A DNA stretch of 64,000 nucleotides. Origin: the human T2T-CHM13v2.0 reference genome, Homo sapiens. The translations under genes were made by a program, and so were the position numbers. The DNA is taken from assembly GCF_009914755.1 (NCBI RefSeq), contig NC_060929.1; one strand, written 5' to 3'. The notes below the pieces were generated by a model that had not been told where the DNA came from, searched no databases, and saw nothing but the letters and a program-made list of their open reading frames with translations. Positions 1-14,314 of this stretch are shown piece by piece (the stretch's first letter is position 1; every line of letters begins with the position of its first letter).

Positions 1-714
1 TGATCAGCACGGTGTAAAAAGTCAGGGATTTCCAGATTTCCTGAATAATTTTTAAATATAAAATTGTAAACTGTTAAGACCACTACAGTATCTTTTGTTT
101 AAAAACATGCTATGTAAGGATGTATGAGTATTTGTATAAATAACAACAGCTAGTACATACAATAAGAATAGTATAAAAGGGAAGGGGAACAATGTAGGTG
201 ATGAAAGAGGGAGAGGAAGACCCTGGGAAGGAGGAAGAAAGTGTGAAGAGAAAAGAGAGAGAATATGCTTTAAGTTAATGTAGCTAATAAAAATTTAGAT
301 TGGACAATTTAAGAGAGTAATTCATTCTACAAAAAGCCTACTTATGGGGCAAATTAAATGCAAAGTTTCATTCCATCTATAATGCAATATTATTTATTCA
401 TAAAAATATCCATCCATACCTATTTTAAAGAAATACATCTACATAGTAAAATACAGTTTTGTAAAACTTTTGAGTTTACTAAGTCAGATCTAATTTTTTA
501 CTTGTAGCATCAATAAAATTTACTTCTGAACCAATAACAACTACAGGCAAGGGTCAACAATTTAGCTCCCTGAAATTCAGCATCCCTGAAATTCAATGGA
601 AAGGATTTTCTAATAACATGATCACATTTTTAAACCTATTTAGGGCAACAGTTGGAAATATGTGATGAAGAAACTGAGTAAATTATACAGAAGTGCTCTT
701 CTATATAATTTACT

Positions 715-995
715 GAGAGGCCAAGGCAGAAGGATCGCTTGAGGCCAGGAGTTCAGGACCAGCCTAAACAACACAGCAAGACCCCCATCTCCACAAAAAT
801 TAAATGAAATTAGTAAAATTTAAAATTAGCTGAGTGTGGTGGCATGGGGCTGAGGTTCTAGCTACTTGGGAGGCTGAGGCAGGAGGAACACTTGAGCCCA
901 GGAGTTTGATGCTGCAGTAAGCTATGATTACACCACTGCACTCCAAACTGGGTGACAGAAGGAGGCCCTGTCTCTAAAATACATAAATAAATAAA
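715..995 (+). mobile_element. AluJ-like, 5'-truncated
   Basis: ggccaaggcagaaggatcgcttgaggccaggagttc...ccctgtctctaaaa with (TAAA)n tail. Confidence 0.9.
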
Positions 996-1952
996 TCACT
1001 AACTGGTGGTATAGTGAGGAGCTTATTTCTTCCAAAATATATGAAAAATATTACTGGTCATGACTAAGAAAAGTGTCTCTGGAGTCTTCAAGTTAGAGAA
1101 AATAATTTTTTCCCAATATAATTCTCCTATTCCACATAAGTCTTATAATCCAACCTGTAGAAAGTTGCCATGCACTGTGACTTACTACTTTGTATAATCT
1201 AGTTCTCAACCTTTTACACTCATGTGTGCAAGAAACTCTCAATACCTCTCATTACACGCAGTGATTTTCAACATACTATAAAGGAGCTGATTAAAAGTGA
1301 GGTCACTTTATGTATGAGGAAATACTATTCTCTGAGTTACACGGTTCAAATAACTCACAAAACGATCTACACAACATCAAAGTGCAGATGGGGTACACAA
1401 GTAAAACCTACTATCAGCTACAAATTCATAAAACTTGGAACTTCCAGGAAAAATCAAGCAAATATAAAGAATCTGAATTTAAAAGCCAACTAATACAATA
1501 AAAAAGTAATTTTTAAAAGCCTGATTAATTTTTCAATTAAAATACTCAGATAATACTACACACTTGAGAACTTTTAGTAATTAAAATAATGGCTTTTAAA
1601 ACTTACTTACAACTGTTTAATGAGAACAGGTGACTAGAGAAGCATTTTATACCACAGATGATTAAATGGACTCACCTTGTTAAGAGGTCAGGAAAAAATA
1701 AGTAAAAAACAAGTACAGTGAGTTAACAGGTCAGTAAAGTAATTTGGAAAACTATACATACTTCAAGAAAATTTTATACATTTCCAAAAACACTAAATTT
1801 TAAGCTTTTTAAGTCTTCAAAAATACTCTAAAATGTTTTATTTAAAAGATAAAAGTAGAAATTACTCTTAAAAATCAATAAAGTAAAATTTTGAGATACA
1901 AAATGGTATACTGGGGGTAGGGGGAGTTTTCTTTTTAAAAAATAATAATGAT

Positions 1953-2240
1953 GGCTGGGCACGGTCCCAGCACTTTTGGAGGCCAAGGCAGACAGATCAC
2001 GAGGTCAGGAGATCGAGACCATCCTGGCTAATACGGTGAAACCCCATCTCTACTAAAAATACAAAAAATTAGCCGGGCGTGGTGGTGGGCACCTGTAGTC
2101 CCAGCTACTCAGGAGGCTGAGGCAGAAGAATGGCGTGAACCCAGGAGGCAGAGCTTTCAGTGAGCCAAGATTGCGCCACTGCACTCCAGCCTGGGCGACA
2201 GAGCGAGATTCCATCTCAAATAATAATAATAATAATAATA
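1953..2240 (+). mobile_element. AluY-like with (TAA)n tail and small 5' deletion
   Basis: Diagnostic gagatcgagaccatcctggcta and aatggcgtgaaccc; aataataatga flanks both ends. Confidence 0.92.
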
Positions 2241-2406
2241 ATGACTAAAAGAAACTCATGAAGTTTAATATCAATGTGAAAAATTACTACAAAATGATTT
2301 TAGCCCCACTTGTTAAGAAACTATTATACATTATTATATGCTGTTTCTTTTCTAGTACACCAAATAATCATTTGATATTAAGTGCTTTACATTGTAAATG
2401 AGCTAG

Positions 2407-2717
2407 TTTGTTTATTTATTTATTTATTTTAGACAGGTCTCACTCTGTAGCCCAGGCTGGAGTGCAGTGGAATGAACATAGCTCCTTGCAACCTTGATGT
2501 CCTGGGCTCCAGCGATCCTCCCACCTTAGCCTCCCAAGTAGCTAGGACTACAAGTGCACACCACCACATCTGGCTAATTATTTTTTTTTTAATTTTGTAT
2601 GGAGATGGAGTCTCACCATATTGCCCAGGCTGGTCTCAAACTCCTGGGCTCAAGCAATTCTCACATCTCAGCCTCCCAAAGTGCTGGGATTACAGGTGTG
2701 AGCTAATGGGCCCAGCC
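2407..2717 (-). mobile_element. AluJ-like
   Basis: Reverse Alu dimer with (TTTA)n tail; TSD-like ctagtttgttt/ctaatttgttt. Confidence 0.9.
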
Positions 2718-3805
2718 CTAATTTGTTTTTAAATCCAAAAATAAATCAACAATAGAAGCCAGCACTCTTTTAATATTTTAAAATATTTTCTGCATAGTTT
2801 CCCCAAATATTAGCATTCTAATTGTGACCAGCATTATACCTTTTAATGAGTCTAATCCAAGTAAATAATAAACAAATGATCATGAAAACTGTGAGAAATA
2901 ATCATTGGTGTATGCTCTATAAATAGTTACCAAGTTTACCTTTAAATGGCATGTTTAGTTTTTCCTTACAACTTAACACTAGATACAGGAAACTCTAGAA
3001 CTCATAAACAAAGACTAAACAAAATCCCCTCTTCCTGCCAAAATGTGTACATAATTGCAGTAGACTTGTGCTGAATATACATATATGTTACATACATGTC
3101 TCTTATTCTATACAAAATCTCAGCAAATATTTTCCCACAGAGCAGGAAGAATTTTTTCTCTCAAATGGAAAGTTTTTGCTCGTTAAAAAGGTTATATTAA
3201 ATAGCCCTAAAGAAATATGTTCTGAAAATAACAATTGTATCATATTCCACTTATTATTTTCCATATGAAAACATCAATAAAATAAGTTTACCAGAGTCAA
3301 TAAGCCTGTTCAATGAACACTGAAAAATACAAATTTATCCAGAGTGATTACAAATGAAAATGTGTGCTATTTCAAAATTACATGCACCTCTTTAAAAATC
3401 AGGGCAATTAATAGAGCGCTTAAATCATATTAGCTGAGTTCAAATTTGGCCCCTAAACAATACTTAAAATTTCCTTATTCCTTTATACTATTTTACAAAA
3501 TAATAAATTACTTGATTATCATAATTTTCTTTTGCTACTTATTTCAAACTGTAAAGTCAGGACTGCAAACTGATGTAGGAATCTTATATTATTGGTCTAC
3601 ACCTAATTATTTATAAACATTAATGGACACAACACCGTTCCAATCCACTACAACAATTTTCTTCTATTTTACAAGTAAGAACTTCTAACCTATCACAACA
3701 ACAAATCATATTTTAAATTTGGGTTTGAAAACATGTATTAGAGGCACATTTTTAAAAACAAGTACAGTAGGAAATCCTGCTTTTCAGTGAGCCAGTGAAT
3801 TTCTG

Positions 3806-3811
3806 TTTATT
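3806..3811 (-). terminator. Candidate proximal polyadenylation signal
   Basis: AATAAA on the minus strand about 160 nt after the stop, followed about 45 nt later by U/GU-rich ACTGTACTTGTTTTT. Confidence 0.45.
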
Positions 3812-3972
3812 TGTATTTATGAATATTTGGTTTACTTCCTTCTTCTGGGTAAGATTAGTATGCAATTCTCCTTCTTTAGCAAGTCAAAAACCTACAGACC
3901 TTAACTATATGAAAACTTAATTTGGTATTGTTAGATGAAGACAGTTAAGCTAGCACCAAAAGAATAACTGTA

Positions 3973-4143
3973 CTAAATTTTAACACTATTCATTAACAAT
4001 TCCATTTTCCTGAGTTTGCGTTTGTTCTTTGGCATTGGTTTAGGATATAATCCATTTTTCAGAAGGTGTTCCTTGCTGAGGCGAATTTGGGCACCATGCT
4101 GAAGTTGAAAGGAGCATAAAGCTTGAAGAGGGCGAAGCAAAGT
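3973..4143 (-). CDS. DTWD2: DTWD2 last coding exon (C-terminal 56 aa + TAG)
   Basis: The minus strand translates to [56 protein letters not shown]. It is preceded by the pyrimidine-rich acceptor cttttttctcttgacag (AG at 4144-4145), and phase 0 matches the upstream exon. Recognised as the DTWD2 C-terminus; missed by the ORF track. Confidence 0.93.
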   Translation of the reverse strand, partial: TLLRPLQALCSFQLQHGAQIRLSKEHLLKNGLYPKPMPKNKRKLRKMELLMNSVKI

Positions 4144-4696
4144 CTGTCAAGAGAAAAAAGACACTAAAAAAGTATCTGTGACAAATCATGATATTCTATC
4201 TATATTTTTCATTCAGAAATAGGAGTTACTATGTTTCTTTTATTATGATTGGCTTTTAACTATGAGAAACACTAGGCACTCTGATAAATATATAATTATT
4301 TCTAGATAAATAATGTCTTTAAAATTCATGCCTTAATATTACACTAAGGAATTTTATTAAAAAGATACAAATACTGATTTTCCACATAGGTAATAAAGTC
4401 TGGCATTAGTTTTATACATTATTCAAACACCACAAAAAATTGTTGCCATTATAATTGAATCCATAACAAGGAGACTAAATGAGACATTTAAATACAAAGA
4501 TAAGTACACCAAAATAGTCAATTCAGTTTCTATGACAAATTAATGCAAGCTTACTGACACCTGACAACAATTAGATGATGGCAGCAATGGGTAAACGGTT
4601 TGCTATTTCTCTCACATTAGTGCCATGGACCACATACAAGTTAGATGCCCAGGTCTTGGTGCGTTTGAAATTATTCTAACAATATCTGAACTGTCT

Positions 4697-4858
4697 AAAT
4701 TCAAATACCTATAGGCCAGCCATGTAACAGAAACACGTAAACTGGGTGGATCTTTACAAGCCAACAGAGAATAGTGGCGGCTGTAATACAACTGGAGTAT
4801 ACGCTCTACCTGAAGTTATTCAAATTCAAAAATTAAAAAAAAAACAACACTATGCCAG
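4697..4858. mobile_element. hAT-Charlie MITE fragment (MER102-like)
   Basis: aattcaaatacctataggccagccatgtaac resembles the recalled MER102 5' end; degraded. Confidence 0.4.
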
Positions 4859-5339
4859 TGTTTTAAACATATTTTGGGTGAGATTCCTTCCTTGGGCCTG
4901 AGACCCCTGATGAAGATATTTTCAAAAATAACAGCAAAAAAACTTAATTAAACAGATTGTTAAAGGAGCACAAAAGAAACAAAGAAAAAACTGATAGATT
5001 TAACTACAAAAAATTCACAATGTCTACGTGAAAATGTATTAACCCACAAAGAAAACCCCACATGAATTAACAAATGTAGTAAGGGTTCTCTTACATGCGG
5101 CCAAATATCATTCCTAACTATAATACACACTCTCACATCTGTAATCCCAGCATTTTGGGAGGCTGATGCACAACATAAGTGGTAGAAAAAGGGCTTAATA
5201 GCTTTAATTTATAATGAAATTAAATTTATTTATTGTGATAGTCACTAGTAGTTGCTTCTTCGTATTATTTTCTCCCTTATTAAAATAATTCAAATTATAT
5301 TCAAGGTAGCAATGTGTCCAGCTACTAATATTACATTCA

Positions 5340-5718
5340 CTAATGACCCAATCTATCCAAGAAGATGTAACTAGAAGTCCTTGGATGGGGCTTCTAGAGA
5401 TACTCTTTAAAGGGGACAAACTTAGCAGGCATAGGTTTTTGTCCTTTTTTCCTGCCTAGAAAATAACTGTTGAAGGTAGGACAAGCATCATGTGACTACT
5501 AGGCAACAAACATGAAGATTAAAGCCAAATACAAAAGACGATGGACAGAAAGAAAAGAAAACTTGTCCCTGAATTCTTTTTCAAGCTGCATTCCCAGTCA
5601 GGACTGCCCACCTCAGCATTTCTGATTTACAGGAGAAAAAGAAAACCCCATGTGAATTAACCACTGCAGTAAGGGCTCTCTTACATGCAGGCAAATATAA
5701 TTCCTTACTGTAATATAC
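5340..5718 (+). mobile_element. MLT1-family (ERVL-MaLR) LTR, degraded
   Basis: gcatcatgtgactactagg...; ends ttacatgcaggcaaatataattccttactgtaatataca, like an MLT1 3' end. Confidence 0.55.
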
Positions 5719-5720
5719 AC

Positions 5721-6311
<591 letters not shown>

Positions 6312-6319
6312 AGAATAGA

Positions 6320-6460
6320 AATGAAAGAAAAGAAAGAAAAGGAAGGAAGGGAAAGGAAGGGAAAGGGAAGGGAAAAGGAAGGAAGCGAGGGAGGGAGGGA
6401 GGCAGGGAGGGAGGAAGGGAGGAAGGGAGGAAGGAAGGAGAGAGATAGAAAGAAAAAAGG
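6320..6460. repeat. Purine-rich (GGAA/GGGA)n low-complexity tract
   Basis: Directly visible; probably the expanded tail of the AluJ at 5721. Confidence 0.9.
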
Positions 6461-6859
6461 TAAATATCTTGGAAAGGCTCTGCACAATATTATTGTAGAA
6501 AACTCCTTATGCATGTTCCCGTAATTTATTTTAATGAGGAAAATAAGAGAGGGAATGCTAAAATAACTATATATGACTTTACGTACTTTACAGAGTCACC
6601 ACAGTGGACTGTATTCTGAAACACTGAACCCAGGAAACATACCTAGGATGACATACAGACCAAGACAACTGAAGATTCTATTGATATTTTATGACATTTA
6701 TTATATTCTTGTAAACAGAAGAAAACTCATATTCTTATGGTCAAAAGATTCCAACTTTTACATCCTGAAGATAAGATTCTATCAATTTACTGAGGTAATG
6801 AAGAGAATGAATTTTGGAAACAGGCAGATCTGGATTAGATCCCTACTCCATCTCTGTTG

Positions 6860-7240
6860 GTACTCCCTACAGCTGTTCACAAATAGGCCAGCCTCCTTCC
6901 TGATACATGAGCAGATTGGCATTTTCTATCCCTTTTCAAATTTAGGCACAGCCATATAACTTGCTTTGGTTAATGAAATGTGAGTACAACTAATACGTGT
7001 CACCTTAGGGCAGAAGCATTAAAAGTGGTATAGGATACACCACCTTCCTTGCTCCTTCCTTGATGAAAGTGGGATGAATTATCTAGATAGTTCCTCCATC
7101 AGGTTGGGTGCCTGAGTGACTGCAAATCAGCAGAGGTCCTCAGGGTAATCCCACTGGACAAACAGCATGAGAGATGCATAAACTTTTGTCATCTTATCTG
7201 ATTTCAACTTCAGAGTTTTAAAGTTGTAGCCTATCCTAGT
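6860..7240 (+). mobile_element. MLT1-family LTR, preceded by a MIR fragment
   Basis: ccatataacttgctttggttaatgaaatgtgag is a typical MLT1 core; MIR-like ttttggaaacaggcagatctggatt at about 6810. Confidence 0.65.
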
Positions 7241-7908
7241 AAATCCTTTTTGCTGCATGTGAAAAGTGACAGTTTTCAAGGAACCATTACTACCAACTGC
7301 AGATATTGGGTAGAGCCAAAACATTCAGGTTATAGCAGGAGGTTTTGCCACATCTATCTTTAAAAATTCCTATGATAAAACTTCGTAAGTAGAAAAGGTT
7401 CTGTAATAAAAAAGAACCCCAAGCTAAAGGCTTCCAAGGTATGAAAAGTCCTGGTAAATACTGTAGTAGCTAATGAAAGCCACTATCTTTTAGTTCAGAC
7501 TTTCTTTTGCCAATCTACAGGCAAAAATTAGAGAGGAAAAGAGGGGCAAGAGGATTAACTCTTTTTGAGTGCCTGTGTTGACAACTGTGGCGATTACTCA
7601 TTATTATCTCAGTTCTTGAAATACTATGAGGTAACATTTTGTATATTACAGATAAGAACACAAGTACAAAAAATTATGTGGTCTGCCCACTTGCAAAAAG
7701 TGATGATAATAAGTTGTAATTCAAAACTACTTCAAAATCCACATTGTGCTACTTTCATGTAGCCATGCTTTCAGGTGCTTGAAAAACTGCTCTAGAATAA
7801 AGAGTGAGGATGAGACAACAGATTAACAAAGCTATTCTGTGCCAAGTTCTTTATTTTGAGGAACCCTGCCTCTATAGAATGAAGCCAAGTGAAAATTTAC
7901 TCTTCTCT

Positions 7909-8276
<368 letters not shown>

Positions 8277-9967
8277 TTACTATTCTCCCCCACCATCTTA
8301 AGGTTTTATTAGAATGCCCCTGATAAAAGGTTATTGGGAAAAAGTGTATGTCATCACTTTCCTCCCCAGGAGGGAAAGAAAACACCTATGTTTAGGGCAG
8401 ACTGATACTGCATTTCACAAAGATGCTAATTTATTATCGCAACTAGATGCTAATTTTTTTCTCATAACTAGATTTGAAAAGGCTGGATGTGGGGTTCCCC
8501 CACTAAGAAAACAGCTTTCACTATAAATTGTGGCTGGAAGCAATTTTTGCCATCTGTAATAATAAGCAACTTGAGATGTTTTATTATGTATTTCTTCTGC
8601 TCACTCTCCCACCATGTTATCAGTACCTCCCAAATCCCAGGTTTGACTGTCAAATATCCTTTTTCTACTCCTGGCCACTGCAGTACAATTACTCCTGGCA
8701 ACCAAAGCAAGCAGAATGAGGGCTCTAAGACCTCACTATTACTTTGGGACTTTATGTTTAATTTTATCTACAGACAACAATAACAAAAGCTGAAGAGATA
8801 ATGGGTCCTGTCACCATTCTGTTGTCTTAAACTTTGCCTTTTGTTAGATATTACACTCAGAATGTATTTTGCAAGTCTCAAGTTGTCACAATAAGGATTC
8901 CTTTTTTTTGTTTGTTTGTTTTTAAGATATCACATCACAAAGCACAATCTAGCAAGATTCAAGTCAGCCTGTGGCTTTATGTCATCAATAAATGCCTCGG
9001 GTTATATAAAACAATAGAAGTAATGAAAGAATGAAAAAATGCTGATGGAGAAGAGGCCCTAAAACAACGTAAAGTTGTCCTAACTATATAATGTTATATC
9101 ATTTTTTCAAAAAGTTCCTCATTAGTTAACTTTGAAAGAATTCACTCTAATACTTTGTTGAGTCTAGAACATTTGTAAAATAAAGCCTGAAACATTCTTA
9201 GCTAATAGGATTCCTAATATAATGGTATATTGATTTTTAAATTTATCTTTTTTTACAAGTAGATGGTATATTAATTAATATAATGTACAAAATAATATAA
9301 AATTGGAGAGAAGGGAGCACCAGCAGAATTAGTAGTAGTAGTAGTACAAACCCTATCCTTAACTGTAACCCTATTATTCTACAACCACTATTACCATAAC
9401 CACCACCATTACTAACATTAAAGGTTATATTTAGGATTGCAGTAAAGATCCAATTCCAGTTGTGGGAATAAGAGATATAAGTCCACAGAGAATTCTTTCC
9501 AGAACCCAAAAGGGGAGAAAAGTAAGCTTTAAATCTATAGCTAAGGAATATACTTTTCCCTCAAAATTTGAACTTTCAATGGGTCCTTGTTTGGTCTGAT
9601 GTTGTCTGATCCTAGAGTTTTACATCAACAAAAAAGAAAACGCAGAGACTGTAGAGAAAGCAAGTTTAAACAACAGCACTGGGTTACATAATTCTATTAA
9701 GACACCTGTGAAAAGTGTGTATGTATATATATTTGCTTAAGAATATACAGAGATGATGGTAAATAAAACAGAAAGACACATATGGGGTATATAAAGTACT
9801 ATGTTTATGGCTAGGGACATGGGAGTAGGTGACATGGTTAGAGGAGATGGAAAGGTGTCTGAGAACACTCCCTGCTCATTTAAAGTAAGAATCTATGTTC
9901 CTTCATGAATTTTTTTTCAAAAGCAGAGAAAGTGAAATTGCCTAGACCCTAAACAAAGTCTACTCAA

Positions 9968-9975
9968 ACACACAG

Positions 9976-10033
<58 letters not shown>

Positions 10034-10034
10034 A
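9968..10034. repeat. (CA)n microsatellite
   Basis: About 30 mostly perfect CA units. Confidence 0.97.
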
Positions 10035-11151
10035 CGAAAATCCTAGTTTTTTCAAAAGAAGAAAAGTCTCCAACTCTGACATATTCCACAGCTTAGGGTA
10101 GAGGAGAGGAAAAAAGTAATTCAAGGCCTGCTTCTAACATTCTTTAACACTCCTTGCTTTTGCTATCTTTTTGTTCTCTTTAGGATTAATATCTTGGTAG
10201 CTAATACATTTACTCTGAACTGAGCTTTCATCTATTATTGAAATTTCCTTCGTGTTTAAGGCATACTCATAACTGTAACCATAATGGATAATGAGAAAGA
10301 AAGAAGGCAGGAAAGAGTACCTCTTTCGCGTGTGTATGTGCGTGTGTGCATCCATGTGTTCATGCTGTGTTTTGAAGGGGGAGTTATAAATCCCTTTTAG
10401 TTGTGCTCATTATCCTCTGACTTTCTTCATGAGTTGTATTTATCAAAACTTTTCAATAATTAAAAAACCCTAACAATTTAGGTTTTATTTTACTATTTTT
10501 TCTTTTGCTACAAATGCTGTTTCTTGCATGTTCCAAAAGACTGAGATGTTAGTAAGCACACTGAAACATTATTCTTTGCTGATGATTATTAATTATATAT
10601 GAAATCATCATGCTTTCATAGAAATTAAATGAAATAATTGCAGGTTATAATACTTTCATATTCTCTAGGCATTTTTTTTTTCAAGAAAAATGTCTTTTTT
10701 ACATTCTAAGCAAGGTTAACACGAGAAACAGAAAGTTAGTATACGGCACCAAGGCAAAAATAAAAATGTTGCTATAGAATGTTCTTTTAACCAAAAAGAA
10801 GAAAAGGCTGAGCACAAGAGAACACAAAATACCAAAAAGAGAAGAGAAAACACTAAAAGAAAAATCTAGCCAAAAAACTACTTAATGTTGTGCTACTTAA
10901 ATGTAATTTAGCATATTACAAATGCTGTTTGCACAGTTTAGTATGAATATTTAAATAATATAATCTGGAATGCTAAACACACACACAGAAAAACACCAGA
11001 GAGGAAACAAGGTTATAAAAGTACATAAATTTCTAACACAGAAGATTCTACTTGTCACATGAGTTACAAATTTAACAAGCATGTCTAAATCTTCTAGGTA
11101 AAATCTAAGAAAACTCCCACTTTGAAAAACTATAACCTTACAAAGACGTAC

Positions 11152-11280
11152 CTCTTGTATGTAATTATTTTTCTCCAAGATGGAAAGAGCAACAGCTGCA
11201 CACTCCAGTGTAGAAAGGCATCTATTAGTCGGCTGCATCCGAATTACATACTGACTAGAAATGCTAGTTTTTAATTGCAC
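11152..11280 (-). CDS. DTWD2: DTWD2 penultimate coding exon (43 aa, DTW domain segment)
   Basis: Translates to [43 protein letters not shown], with the YxIR and LSTxE motifs of DTW proteins. Acceptor ttttgtttttgatttcag (11281 onward), donor GAG|gtacgt (11146-11151); 129 nt, phase 0/0. Confidence 0.95.
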
Positions 11281-11685
11281 CTGAAATCAAAAACAAAATA
11301 GAACATAATTTTTGTTTTAAATTTAAAATTATAAAGTTTGTGTTTTAAATACTAATTACTTTCCTTCCAAAACTGCCAGCAGCTTAGAAGTACTAAATGT
11401 GTCAATATCTTTTATGTATAACATCCTTTTGTTGCAATTGTTAAATAGTAGAAGATAGCTATATAGAAGAAGACATATCCACAATATATACAACCAAAAT
11501 AAAAAGACTAATAATCCCCTTGCAGTAAAGAGTGAATATACACTTCACAAAAGAAGTTATAAGAATGGCAAATAGGTACACAAAAAAGTGTTCAACATGA
11601 TCTAATGTAAATTAAAACCACAATGGGGTAACATTTCACACTCAACAGAGTAGCTAAAATAAAAAAGGCTGCAGCTAAAATCAAA

Positions 11686-13130
11686 AAGGCTACAAGGCTA
11701 CAGTAACCAAAATAGCAAGGTACTGGTACCAAAACAGATATATAAACCAATGAAACAGAACAGAGGCCTCAGAAATAATGCCACACATCTACAACCATCT
11801 GATCTTTGACAAACCTGACACAAACAAGCAATGGGGAAAGGATTCCCTATTTAATAAATGGTGTTGGGAAAACTGGCTAGCCATACACAGAAAACTGAAA
11901 CTGGACCCCTTCCTTAAACCTTATACAAAAATTAACTCAAGAGGGATTAAAGACTTAAGCATAAAACCTAAATCCATAAAAACCCTAGAAGAAAACCTAG
12001 GCAATACCATCCAGGACACAGGCATGGGCAAAGACTTTATGACTAAAACACCAAAGCAATGGCAGCAAAAGCCAAAATTGACAAATGGGATCTAATTAAA
12101 CTAAAGAGCTTCTGCACAGCAAATGAAACTATCATCAGAGTGAACAGGCAACCTACAGAATGGGAGAAAAATTTTGCAATCTGTCCATCTGACAAAGGGC
12201 TAGTATCCAGAATCTACAAGGAACTTACACAAATTTACGAGAAAAAAGGAAAACAACCCATCAAAAAGTGGGCAAAGGATATGAACAGACACATCTCAAA
12301 AGTATACATTTATGTGGCCAACAAACATAAGAAAAAAATCTCATCATCACTGGTCATTAGAGAAATACAAATCAAAACCACAATGAGATACCACCTCACT
12401 CCAGTTGGAATGGTGATCATTAAAAAGTCAGGAAACAATATATACTAGAGAGGATCTGGAGAAATGGGAACACTTTTACACTGTTGGTGGGACTGTAAAC
12501 TAGTTCAATCACTGTAGAAGACAGCGTGGCAATTCCTCAACGATCTACAACCAGAAACACCATTTGACCCAGCAATCCCATTACTGGGTATATACCCAAA
12601 GGATTATAAATCATTCTACTATAAAGATGCATGCACACATATGTTTATTGCAGCATTATTCACAATAGCAAAGACTTGAAACCAACCCAAATGCCTATCA
12701 ATGACAGACTGGATAAAGAAAATGTGGCACATATACACCCTGGAATACTATGCAGCCATAAAAAAGGATGAGTTCAAGTCCTTTGCAGGGACATGGCTGA
12801 AGCTGGAAACCATCATTCTCAGCAAACTAACACAGGAATCGAAAACCAAACACCACATGTTTTCACTTGTAAGTGGGAGTTGAACAATGAGAACACATGG
12901 ACATCAGGAGGGGAACATCACACACCAGGGCCTGTTGGGGGGTGTGGGGGCTATGGGAGGGATAACATTAGGAGAAATACCTAATGTAGATGATGGGTTG
13001 AGCAAACCACCACGGCACGTGTATACCTATGTAGCAAACCTGCACATCCTGCACATGTATCCCAGAACTTAGAGCATAATAATAATAAAAAAGAAAATGA
13101 AAAAAAATAAAATAAAATAAAAAATAAAAA
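11686..13130 (+). mobile_element. L1PA (about PA7-8) 3' 1.4 kb fragment
   Basis: ORFs 11778-12448 and 12701-12883 are L1 ORF2 C-terminus pieces; 3' UTR G-tract and A-rich tail. Confidence 0.92.
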
Positions 13131-13243
13131 ATGGGGAAAGAACTCCCTAGTCAATAAATGGTGCTGGGATAACTGGTTAACTATATGCCAAAGAATGAAA
13201 CTGGATCTCTACATATCACCATACACAAAAATTAATTCAAGAT

Positions 13244-13595
<352 letters not shown>

Positions 13596-14027
13596 TTAAA
13601 ATGTAAGGCCAAGGACTATAGAAATCCTGGAAGAAAACCTAGGTAATACCCTCTGGATATCAACCTTGGCAAAGAATTTATTACTAAGTCCTCAAAAGCA
13701 ACTGCTACAAAAGCAAGAGTTGGCAAGTGGAATCTAATTAAACTAAAAAGCTTCTGCAAGGAAAAAGAAATTATCAACACAGCAATCCGAAAACCTACAG
13801 AATGGGTGAAATTATTTGCAAACTATGCATCCAACAAAGCTCTAATATCCAGAATCTACAAGAAGCTTAAACAAATTTCAAGCAAAAAACAAAGAACCCC
13901 ATTAAAATGTGGGCAAAGGATGTGAAAATACATTTTTCAAAAGAGGACATACATGTGGCCAACAAGCAGATGAAAAAATGCTCAGTATCATTAATCTTTA
14001 GAGAAATGCAAATCAAAACCACAATGG

Positions 14028-14313
14028 GGCTGGGTGCAGTGGCTCAGGCCTGCAATCCCAGCACTTTCGGAGGCCGAGGTGGGTGGATCACATGAGGTTG
14101 GGAGTTCAAGACCAGCCTGGCCAACATGGTGAAACCCAATCTCTACTAAAAATACAAAAATTAGCTGGGCATGGTGGTACACATCTGTGGAGAATCACTT
14201 GAACCTGAGAGGCAGAGATTACAGTGAGCCAAGATCATGCCACTGCACTCCAGCCTGGGCAAAAGAGTGAGACCCTATCTCAAAAAAAAAAAAAAAAAAA
14301 AAGAAAGAAAAAA
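14028..14313 (+). mobile_element. AluS with right-arm deletion
   Basis: Lacks the tcccagctact...gaggcag segment; TSD aaaa(c/t)cacaatg. Confidence 0.9.
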
Positions 14314-14314
14314 C

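Larger units (their letters stand above)
1..3972 (-). other. DTWD2: DTWD2 3' UTR region (true end not determinable here)
   Basis: Lies downstream of the TAG stop; AU-rich, with minus-strand AATAAA at 3806-3811, 2411-2428, 1837-1842 and 393-398. Extent is inferred. Confidence 0.55.

Noticed and set aside
567-595. TCCCTGAAATTCA repeated at 16-nt spacing
   Set aside because: An ordinary two-copy microduplication, not an array.
1224-1501. Overlapping short ORFs on +
   Set aside because: Antisense to the 3' UTR, with no homology or splice context.
6573-6959. 128-aa ORF on +
   Set aside because: No recognisable domain; overlaps MIR/MLT1 remnants; antisense intronic.
10951-11151. ORF-track extension of the DTWD2 exon (VRLCKV...)
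   Set aside because: It reads through the GT donor into intron; the spliced frame continues at 4143.
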